DNA of 64,000 nt. It comes from Podarcis melisellensis (taxonomy: Eukaryota). The position numbers and the translations under genes are program-made. Below, piece after piece: positions 53,229 through 64,000 of this stretch. Position 1 is the first letter of the stretch; every line of letters begins with the position of its first letter. The stretch lies in the NCBI GenBank assembly GCA_964234715.1, contig OZ174279.1. One strand, written 5' to 3'. The notes beneath the pieces are model-generated. The model did no database searches and was not told the DNA's origin. It worked only from the letters and a program-made list of their open reading frames with translations.

Positions 53229-53487
53229 CTGTATTTTTCACTTTCTAAGACGCACCAGACCATAAGACGCACCTAGTTTTTGGAGGAGGAAAACAAGAAA
53301 AAAAATATTCTGAATCTCAGAAGCCAGAACAGCAAGAGGGATCGCTGTGCAGCAAAAGCAGCAATCCCTCTTGCTGTTCTGGCTTCTGGGATAGCTGTGC
53401 AGCCTGCATTCGCTCCATAAGACGCACACACATTTCCCCTTACTTTTTAGGAGGGAAAAAGTGAGTCTTATAGAGCAAAAAATACGG
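53229..53487. mobile_element. Tc1/mariner-type MITE
   Basis: Imperfect ~27-bp TIR ctgtatttttcactttctaagacgcac...gtgagtcttatagagcaaaaaatacgg; TA TSD; internal inverted repeat cagaagccagaacagcaagagggat / atccctcttgctgttctggcttctg. Confidence 0.88.
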
Positions 53488-54312
53488 TATTTGTGTTTCA
53501 GAGGAAGTGTCCATAGGCACCAAAAGGAATTGAAAGTTGCACCTAGTTTGGCTTTTAAATTGTTGAAGATAGTTCCCATTCACAAATGTACCTTACATTA
53601 TTCTGATCTCCACATGCAACCAAATGAAGCTGCAGAATCCCATTGTGATAAATAAACTGTATTTCTTCCTTGTACTTCCGGCAAATAAAATAACTAGCAC
53701 ATAAGGGGAAAAGATTCTACCCCAGCATACCTCTGGCTGTGCTAGTTTTCTAATCAAAGTCAGTGATGTGGCAGACTTCTAAATTGGAGGTTGGGAGATG
53801 AGTACTAGGTTTTAGAGTCTGCCTTGACCTATATTAGATTGAATTGGATCCCTTTGAAGCTGATTTAAGTCAAATCTTTTTTTACATTGCACTATTGCCT
53901 CACCACGTTTCCAAATGCACTGTGGATGCCCCTATCACTATCCTGCTATGCAGCAAACATAAAATCCTGCACTTAATTGAGTGTTTCTGTTCAGGCTGCT
54001 GGAAATCTAACCTTGCAATTACATCTCTTCCTGCACAGTGTTAGGTGGAAAGCATTGTTTAGCTTAGATTCTTGCCACAATGAGAAGTGATGGCCGGCTT
54101 AGGTCCCTGAACGCTTCTCTCGTCTCACCCAGGTAACCCAAATACATTTGCACTGGGAGAAATGTGATGGTCTCTGTGCCCACAAATGCTGGGTGCAAAG
54201 CTTTTGAGACTAATTATTTTAACATCAGCCTTGACTTTCAGAATTTGAAATAATACGTGCTGGGTCTGTGTTTGAACATTACATGAGGCCACACGATAAT
54301 AGGATGATTAAA

Positions 54313-54347
54313 GGAAGGAAGGAAGGAAGGAAGGAAGGAAGGAAGGA
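54313..54347. repeat. (GGAA)n microsatellite
   Basis: About 8 units. Confidence 0.95.
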
Positions 54348-56993
54348 GGGGGCGCACAGAAAGGAGAGAAACAATGAGTGTGGTTTGCTCTGGGCTACAT
54401 AGTTAAGTCAGTGACTCAGCATGGGGAGGGAGGGAGGGCACTTGGAAAGATTTAAATCTAGGCATGTCCAGGCTTTTCATTTACTCATTATATGCTGCTG
54501 GAAGGCATTTAATTAGCTCCTCTGCTTTAATAACTCTTTTCTACCCTGTCCCTGAATATTGTAAAAAGATAAATTAAAAAGCAAATCATAATTGAAGCTT
54601 CCAAAATACTGGGCCTTCCCCACAAAAAAATTATTCTTTTCCATATACAGGAGAGAGAGTAATACTGTTTTCAAAAATGTATGCATTGAACAGCTTTCCT
54701 GTTTCATTTAGGCGGTCGTGAGGCTGGGATCTGTCTCTGTTGTAGTCTATAAAACACCATGCACACCTGGTGGTCCTGCTTAAATTAATGGATTAAATAA
54801 ATAACTTCAAATTAAGTTCCTTCTTTGAAATTGGTGTTTATCAGTTGTCAACAAACTGACTCATATTAGACTTTTAAAAGCACTGTGATATTTCGCCTTT
54901 GTTTTAGCTTCAGCTCATTTTAGTCACCCTTCCTTTGTCATTCAGAATTTATAGTTGCTGTTAATTCTTTTTACGAGGTGGGAGCATTCCTTTGACATGT
55001 TTTACTGTAGATTGTTTCTAAAATGCTAACCACTCTTTGAGTTGATCCAGCAAGCAAGAGACATTTATGACTTGCAACAGGATTTTGGATACGCAGCCTA
55101 TGCTGGATTAGGACCTGCATTGGCAAAAGGATTCTGTTCACATGGTTTCTGGTACAGGGATCATGTATACAGAATTTGGCACTGAACTGGTAACTGTGTG
55201 TGCAGAACAAAATGTATTAAGTCATGTCTGCCAATAGCTGCAGCAGTGATTACCTTTGCAAACCATTCCCCCTTTCCTCACCTTTCCGAAACAAATGGTA
55301 GCTGCTAGTCCTATTAATGCTTAGGCAATTAGACATGAATGAAAAGTCCACTGCTATGCATGTATATCTCTGGGTAGCACCAATATCACTCTAATTTGCT
55401 AACACAACACAGAGTTTTCATCCTAATCTGAATTTTTTAGGTCCTTTTGGTCGTTTGGTTTTTTTATCCATTCCCATTCTAAGAGCCTTTACAAAGGTAA
55501 GGCTTAAGTTACACCACTCTGTGCTGTTTATGCAAATGTGTTCCTGGTTATTGTTCATGGAAGAGGCACTTGTAATGCAAATGAGCATTTTCCCCATGTA
55601 GCACTCCAGATGTCACAATATTTGTGCTCTTTGACTTAACTTTAGAGTTCAACAGGCTCTCCAAAAAGGAAAAAGGGAAGCCCGCTTTTACCTTACATAA
55701 ATTGATGGTGATTGCCATGTTGAGGAATAAGAGGAAACTGACAAATGAGTGTCTCACACATGTTCATTTGAGGATTTCTGCCTTAAAATGCCTTAAACAA
55801 AAGATACAGAACTTGGTCTCTTCTGGAAACTCTCTGTACATGACACATTCTGCTTTGCAAAACTGTGTTTTATAACATCTGCTGAGGAAGGGAGTTTTGC
55901 AGCTGATTTTGTTTTAACCCCAGAAAGAGAAGGCTAACTCTTTCCAGAAGGCATGTTGAATCCCACAGATGATCTTGAGCCAAGTCATACAGTACTTGAC
56001 TTTGAACTAGTGTTTCACCAATATTGGCCCAGGCTTGAAGACTCAGCACAACTGCAAATAATTGCATTACTCACCAACTATTTATTATATAGCTCATTTT
56101 CTTGCCAAAAACAACCCGAAGCTATGAAAATATGCGTCTGTCTCTCAGGAGATCTATTACACTTATCAGGGTTTGATCTGATAGATAAATCGCTTTAGAT
56201 AGATCACAGAAAACATTTTGTTTCAGGATTCCCACCCCACCCCCTCTTCTCTCTGCCTCAACATAATATTTCCCTGCTTTAGAAGTTTTGTGGAGATTAA
56301 CAATAAGTGCTATGCTTAGGGTGTTCCAGTTAAGGGTGAACTGGCCTATAAATAATGCTAATTTATCTCTCTAAAGGGATGGACATATTCTTTTGTGAAA
56401 GATGTCTGCAAGAAATACATTAGTTTAAAAGGATTAGATTAATATTTTATGACTGGATATTTACTTAGTTTGCTGCTTTGCTTTTTTTTAGCCACATCAA
56501 TGGGCACAACAGTGGAAAGGACTTTCTGAGAGATGGGGCCCTTGGCAACGATCAGGGCTCCAAGAGGGAGAAGTGCCATCGCTTTAGCATTTCTACTGAG
56601 ACAGCAACATATCCTGAGCCAGTGGTTGTACTTGGCTACTGCTGAACCAGCAACTGAGCCATTTGCATTTGCTTCCCCTTAGACAGTTCATTAATCAGAC
56701 ACTAGAGTTTGCCATCACCCCAGAATTTACCTGGACTTTTCTATTCTCCTTCCCTTTATTTGTCTCCTCTTGTGCTTCTACCTGACAAACAGTATACAAT
56801 GCAAAATTAAAATACTATGCTAGAAGTGTCATTAATATTATTTAATGGTTTAATTGTTTAAAGTTGCCATTACATTTACCTGATACAAGAGGAAAGCTAG
56901 CTGTGCTTTTATCTTGATTCATTGTTCAAGTTACTATTTAAGTTGCTTGAGTTGCTATTGACTAATGATTACTTTGACCCTCTCTATTCTTAG

Positions 56994-57281
<288 letters not shown>

Positions 57282-58389
57282 TAAAGTTGATGCATTAGGA
57301 TTGGCCAAAATTGTTTCTTGGAACATGCAAAGGAAGCAATTTGCAGTGATCTTTCTGGTTGCTCTTTAAAGAGAATTATTAAGTGCAGGCAATGTTCATC
57401 AGAGGTCTTTAAAGATCCATCAAAGAGTTTGCCAAAATATCACGTTGCTGTTCTTTTGTTGGCTTTTTTTTAAAGAGACAAGCTAGTTTTTGGACTAATA
57501 AGACATCAACTTTTAGTGCTTCTTCTGCTAGCCTTGAGAGAACAGGTAATTCTCAGGGAGAATTCTCGGTCTAATTCTCAGAAAGTTGTGCTAACTTCCT
57601 GTAATCTAGGAGTGTACAGAATTAAGAAAACAGACATATTTTTCTAAGCTTCGTTAGCAAGGCCATCAAATAAAGGAATCAGTGTCTAGCAGTTCTTAGA
57701 CTAAAAGAGAGGCAAAGGTGACCAGGAACTTTACTGGGGGGAAAAACAGAAGCTCTAGACATGTTTAAAGAAAAGCATCAAAATTATCACTGAAATTTAG
57801 TGGTCTTTCAGATAAAAGAATACTAGGTAAAAGACCTCCCTGTCTTGTTTTATTCGATGAATGGCAAAACTGAATCCCCTGATTTAAGTACCTCCACACA
57901 GGAGAACTTTATTTTGGCTGCTATGGTAGTTTGTTTGGTCTATGGTGTGCTTTGGCAAGGCTTCCATATCAGCCCCCTTTGAACTCCCTGTTCCTTCTCC
58001 AAGATCTTGGCTTCATGCTTTTGGGCCCTTCCGCTCATGAGATTGCATGTGCTACAGTTAAAGCAGTCTGCATTTTCTTTCAAAGTGTCATGCCTGGATT
58101 GTAAAGGTTTTTCTTTTCCCCAGCCTAACAATACCAGAGGGGGTCTGTTAATCCTTAGTCCGTCATTGCAAAGTTTAGGCATTCTAGGCTACAGAAACTA
58201 TATCAAGTTTATTCCAGCCATGTTTGTACAGTAACCTCTTCATAAGAGGATGCTGTGCATAAATGAATGTGAACCCCTCCCTCCCAGAATGTTTTGTGCA
58301 GCAACTCGTATTTCAAAATGTAAAGAACTGTTGTAAATGGGGGAGAAAAAGAAAGATTAAAGACAATTTTTCTTCTTCTAAATTTACAG

Positions 58390-58422
58390 TACGGAAACTC
58401 CGGAGGGCCTTTAGTAAACCTG
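58390..58422 (+). CDS. HTRA1: HTRA1 exon 5 (33 nt, catalytic Ser)
   Basis: tttacag|TAC GGA AAC TCC GGA GGG CCT TTA GTA AAC CTG|gtaaga = YGNSGGPLVNL; Ser codon 58399-58401. Confidence 0.97.
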
Positions 58423-59589
58423 GTAAGAGTTCCTTTCTAATAGTACTTCTAACTGGTGTTTTGGATTTTACTATTGATTCTCTTGCCTCTCTCCCATCCC
58501 TTTCCCCCACATTGGTAGAGGAAGGCTAACAAATGCCTGTACAAACATCAGACTCATTAATCATTCTTTAATGTTGGTGCTGGTAAATGGTGTGATGCTT
58601 TTGGAGTTCAGTATTCAAAACATTTACTGGGTGCATATTTCAAAATGAACGTAATACGTAGCATATTTGCGTATTTTCTCAGTGAATAATAATATTCTTT
58701 GGAATCTTATTTCCACCCTGCCCCGAACTAGGCATATAAGAGGCTGAAATGCAGACTCCCTGTGTCAGTTTCTTATGTTTACCGCATGGTTCTCTCTACC
58801 AGCATGTTAGCCATATGATTCTGTGTAAGTCAGAATTAAGTCCCCAAGGGAGTCAAAGGGATGCTGACCCTTCTGGTATTAGTTTGTGATATTTCAGTGC
58901 CACTGTCTGCATAGCCAGTGGACTGTGAGCAACTCAAAAGAACATGGAAGACTTGAATTCTAATGCCATGAATATGACACTGTCTGTTGGCTTTGCTTTC
59001 TTTTGGCAAAATGGAAATAGTAGAGATTGGCTTCACAAAACTGATGAAATGTATTATCAAGATTTGGAAACCCCATTCTGTGAGGCAGTGAAAACTTTTG
59101 CATAAATAGTGGCACATGAAGAAGTTCAGCCAGTTCTTTCTAACATGCTAGTTTTACAGATAAACGGATTAGAGTCCTCTGAGGATTGCCTTGACGCCAT
59201 CGTTGAAGTCTTCTGGTTTTTTAGTGTGACTTCACATTTTCCTCCATTGAAGGCTATTCGGAAAAATTATTATTGTTAAAAAGAAAGTTTTCTGTGTCAT
59301 ATCCTTTAATAGAACTATTGTTTATTCCAAAACCAAACATTCAAAATACCTGTAAGGTTCTGTCCATTTTGATTTTAAAAAAATAAAATAAAACTCAATT
59401 TAGGCCAGCTACGATTATGGACTACTTTTTTATTATTATTTCAATGCAACAGAGTCCCTTAAAGCAAACATGTTGAGTAAGTCTTGTTGGAAAAATAAAT
59501 CTTGAAACCAGTTGAAGGAAAGTTTTTTGGTTAGTTTAAGAGAAAGTATCAAGCTGTTGTGCAGAGCATATTTTTGCAGCTAGAAAAGA

Positions 59590-59763
59590 CTGGGGCGATG
59601 CCTGATCTCATAACCAAGTCGTTCCCTTGAGTAGAACTGTCTGTCCTGGTTTGCAACAGCTGTCTCAACTCTTGGGCAGTAATGTCCCAGTTCTGTTACC
59701 TGACTTTGAAGATGCCAGGAATCGAACGTGGAGCCGTATGCATAGAAGCATGTCACATTGAGC
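59590..59763 (-). mobile_element. Degenerate tRNA-derived SINE (Squam3-like)
   Basis: gatgccaggaatcgaac (reverse-complement B-box)...attgagct (reverse-complement A-box region). Confidence 0.5.
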
Positions 59764-60021
59764 TTGCTTGTCTTGATGTTAAATCCTGGTCCTTTCACAC
59801 TCAAGAGTCTCAAAGCGGGTGGGGAAGAAAAAGAGTGAAGGATGCTTTCACCCAAATGAAAGCGGGGGGGGGGGGCAGATTAAATTTTCCAGGGTACATT
59901 CAGTTCATGATCAGTTTAGGAACAGGGAGCTGTGACAAAGAGATCACACGCAAGGTCAGCAGCTCAGATTAAAGTGTGATAGAAATTGCAGTCTTCATTT
60001 GGGCCGCTCATGCTTACTTAA

Positions 60022-60171
<150 letters not shown>

Positions 60172-60520
60172 TAAAGTAAACCTTCAGTCCTATACACATT
60201 TACATGAGAATAAGTTCCACTGAATTAGTTCAATCCTACACATATCTGCTCTGAAGTAAGAGCCATGCTACACAGTATGTATACAAAAGTCGCAGCACTT
60301 CAAACTTCAGGAAAAGATTCTCCCACCAGCAAATCTTTCACCCTTGTGTGCTGGTTTATTATAATATTGTTTATGTGAGGTAGTGTTCAACAATACTACT
60401 TTCCATTTATATTCTGAAGTGGTATCTCCCACATCATTCTGCTTCCTTGGGGTAAAATGTCTCCTGTTCAGATGGGAAAGGCGAATCAACATAAATGCTA
60501 CATTTTCCTTCTCAAAACAG

Positions 60521-60578
60521 GAAAAGCTGTAACTAAGAAGAAATATATTGGAATACGGATGATGTCTCTTACTCCTAG
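60521..60578 (+). CDS. HTRA1: HTRA1 exon 7 (PDZ start, YIGI loop)
   Basis: aaacag|...AG|gtaagt; 58 nt; (G)KAVTKKKYIGIRMMSLTP(S). Confidence 0.97.
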
Positions 60579-60653
60579 GTAAGTTTAAAAATTACTGTGG
60601 GTGTTTCTGGACAAGGAATATACTAGCCTGGAATTGCAACTCTTTGTTGACAC

Positions 60654-60894
60654 CAGGCCCACTGGCTTGGCCCCAGGACGCACGCCATGGGGGCACATGT
60701 GTCCAACATCAGCACACCCTGTAGCATGCTGACGTCATATGCGCACGTACGTAAGTGGGGGTGCTGACATCAGACATGCAGGACCCCATGGCATGCACGG
60801 CCTCAGCGCAAAAAAGTGTGGGTGCCCAGCCCCATCATGGGGAATGTTGTGGGGGCTGGAGCACCCAGGGCTCCCCACCCACCCGGAGCCTATG
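60654..60894. mobile_element. Probable hAT-type MITE in HTRA1 intron 7
   Basis: GC-rich insert flanked by the 8-bp direct repeat GTTGACAC (60646-60653, 60895-60902); termini only partly complementary. Confidence 0.6.
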
Positions 60895-61731
60895 GTTGAC
60901 ACACTTTTTATGGGGGAGTCACACGACGTCTCCTCAAAGTGCTGCCCTCCTTTGTTTTCCCCATATGACTTCCATCTTTTTTTAAACCATTGAAAGCCAT
61001 CTCTCTCTCTTTCTTAAATACAATGTCTTTGATGAGCGGACAAAGAAAAGGTGCAATGAGGCAGGAGGAATGGTATACTGATGATATGGTTGCTACTGCT
61101 TCACCATTTCCTGTTTGCATTGTCCCTTTATCCATTACTTTTGAATGAGAGTTTTGCCAGTTCTGAGGCGCTGCTGAGGGAAAGATCAGCTGGAAACTCT
61201 TTGCATCATATATGTTTGATCATAACAATTGTTTATTATTGGATCATTATGTGTCACCATTCATGTACTGGATGATTTTCATTTATTTTAAATTTTCAGT
61301 TCACTTACATTTTGCAGGTGGGGAGGACATAGTTGGACCCTTGTTTATTTTTCTGGATTACCATTGCCATACACTGCAGCCCGTTTTTTTAATTTGCAAA
61401 GCCAACGGACAGGTGGTTTTCATCTTTTCCCTGGCAATTGTTAAGTAGCAGAGCTACTTAGCAGAAGAGCTAGACTCTGATATTCAGAGACATAGAAAGA
61501 GTTTACAAAATCTGCCAAAAAAAGGAGAAAACATTCTCTACTTGCAAGCTTCAGATGCTTTCTTAAACTCAAAGGCTTAGTACATTTCTAGATCTAAAGC
61601 AATACTGATTTCAAAAACCAATATAATTGCAAAATGAACAAATTGGTAAGGCAAAATTTCCTGTGCACTTCTGTGCAGAATAATGTTTCTCAATGGCAGC
61701 AGCATATTTTTCTTTCTTTCTTTAGACTTAG

Positions 61732-61938
<207 letters not shown>

Positions 61939-62949
61939 TAAGTTAAAGAACCCCTTTTATTCAAAAACCTGCACCTATTCACTTAAAGGATAAACACCTA
62001 GCAGCCCTTTAACTATGCTGTTTAATGGCAGGAAAGTTCTTACCCTCAGATGACATCTGCCTGCTATTTCAGGAAATCTGTTGGTTTCCCAATACCATAA
62101 ATCTAGAAGATGATTTTTGCCATTTTACCATTTGTTAGAGACATGAGCAATATTTAGAAGAGCAAGGGAGACTAATAGACTGTTTTTCCCAGCTGTTGCA
62201 AAAAGTTCACATGGCATGATCCCAAAAGTAAGCCCACAGTTGTCCCAAAGCTGGGAACTGACCCAGCAGTTGCCCTTATCACTGCTGCACTCAGTACTGC
62301 GGCTACAGTACCATGTGATTGTGTCATGCAGTCGCTGCTAGAACGGGGTGAAAGTTGTAGCTGCTGGAGTTCCTTGGGTAACAAGAATAATAATTTGTAG
62401 CTATTATTTGCATAGCATTTTCACAGGCCTCCTGATAGCACTGAGCTCCGCAAAGCAGACCAGTGCTCCTTTTGAGTTTCCTGTTTCCCTGCTTCCCGCA
62501 GCCCACACCTGAACTGGAAAGAAGATGAGATGGGGGGGTAGCTCTTTGCAGGTCCCATAGCAGGGAGAGACAAAGCAACACCGTATGGTCTCCGCCACCT
62601 GTTCCGCCTCCTCCTCTGCCTCCCCTGGTCCTCTTCCCTGCAAACGATCCAAACTTGTCCTCAACACTCATCCTCTTGATCCAATCTCCTTGGTCACAGC
62701 CCTTTTGGCAGTGCAGCCTGCTTTTATGCCCCACAGGTGGCCTCCTGGGGCGCTGTGCTCACTAGGTCTGCCAGTAAGGCACAGCCCACACCTCTGGGGC
62801 CATCTCTGGCCCATTCAAATTTGGCGGGCAATCCCGCCAGCCTCTGACACCAGCCGAGGCCAATAGAGACCATGCAGGGCTGAATTCCTTCCCTCCTCTG
62901 TTCTTGCGGCCACGCTTGGCCTCAACAGTCACCACCATTGGAATACAGT

Positions 62950-63155
62950 AAGCGCTCTTTTTTCCAGTGGTGGAATGCTCTCCCCAGGGAGACTTGCCTG
63001 GCACCTTCATTACATTTCTCTTCTTCCGGAACCTTTGGCTAATTAAACAATCTATGGCCTTTTAAATGGGGGTGGGGTGGGAGGTTATTATTTTTGTTTG
63101 TTATTATGTTGTGCATTTTTGTGATTTTATATTGTAAACAGCCCTGTGTTCTTTG
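62950..63155 (+). mobile_element. Degenerate L2 3' fragment running into a gap
   Basis: gtggtggaatgctctccccagggagact...tgtaaacagccctg resembles L2 ORF2 end (WNALP) and 3' UTR. Confidence 0.55.
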
Positions 63156-63311
63156 NNNNNNNNNNNNNNNNNNNNNNNNNNNNNNNNNNNNNNNNNNNNN
63201 NNNNNNNNNNNNNNNNNNNNNNNNNNNNNNNNNNNNNNNNNNNNNNNNNNNNNNNNNNNNNNNNNNNNNNNNNNNNNNNNNNNNNNNNNNNNNNNNNNNN
63301 NNNNNNNNNNN
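63156..63311. other. Assembly gap
   Basis: 156 N. Confidence 1.
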
Positions 63312-64000
63312 CCCAGAAGCACATATTTCGAATCCTTGTGACCCCCATGCTCATTTCTTAAAAGGGGGGGTTCTGTGCCTCGTTGTTGCACAAGTAGCTT
63401 GAAATCACCCGTAATTTAATGCATGCAATTTAAATGTTTTTATTTGTCCTGCATACTATGCTTGTTTTCATGGAGTTGCAATAAGAGAGAGTGAAATAAA
63501 ACTTTCTCACTTTCACTTTGGTGTTCCCCCTTAAGCATCATAAAATGGCAGTCCGTACAAGAACTTCTGTGGGGAGGGGGGAAACACTTCTGAAAGAAGT
63601 GCTTGTGTAAGGCATTTCTCTGCATGAGACAGTAGCTTGTGACTGCTATAAACTGATTATGTTTAGGGGTTGAATCATGTCTCATCCCGCTAGCTGGGTT
63701 AATGTTTCCATAACTCAGAGCCAGAATTTGTCTACAAGAAAGGGCAAGATGATACAGGGAGAAAGATGCTGTATCCTCTTCATTTGCCTTAATGCTGTCA
63801 GTGACTTCTGCCAACTCTGTTCAAACAGCACCATCCAGCTTGATATATGGATTTATTCTTGCTGAATAAGCTCAACTTTGATTTTTCTGTCACCATTGAA
63901 TGCACATAGGTTAGAGTAAGGAGAGGAGCTAAGGCTACACCACCTAGAGAGCACGTGAAATCTATTTTGTGCAGTAGCACAAAGGAACTAGAAAGGCAAA

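Noticed and set aside
63156-63311. HTRA1 exon 9 hidden in the gap, and the X-containing ORFs spanning it
   Set aside because: The gap begins in an L2 tail and no exon 9 or acceptor sequence is visible at its edges; the ORFs are artefacts of N runs. Exon 9 is more likely beyond the window, though this cannot be proven.

Overview
Vertebrate genomic DNA, almost certainly a squamate and probably a lacertid lizard (inferred from Sauria-type SINEs with ACCTTT tails, BovB, young L2 LINEs and hAT/mariner MITEs). Two tandem + strand genes are present. The first is the 3' half of PLEKHA1/TAPP1: second PH domain exons at 1082-10075, an alternative exon at 11218 and the last exon at 13676-13996 ending in the PDZ ligand -SDV. 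The second is HTRA1 coding exons 1-8 (21509-61937): signal peptide, IGFBP, Kazal, trypsin-like protease with intact His/Asp/Ser triad, and the start of the PDZ domain; exon 9 is not visible. No ARMS2-like ORF lies between them. The most notable structure is the PLEKHA1 3' end. A 41-nt (or 71-nt) frame-shifting cassette exon switches the last exon into a second open reading frame (dual-coding exon, -SDV vs -QLPK), and the same exon can also read through to an intronic poly(A) signal. Other notable items are a solo LTR with an intact promoter pointing antisense within HTRA1 intron 1, a nested foldback/tandem repeat at 41492-41713, and a young L2 inserted into a tRNA-Lys SINE. Exon boundaries were read by hand from GT/AG sites; comparisons to human proteins and repeat families are from memory, not database searches.
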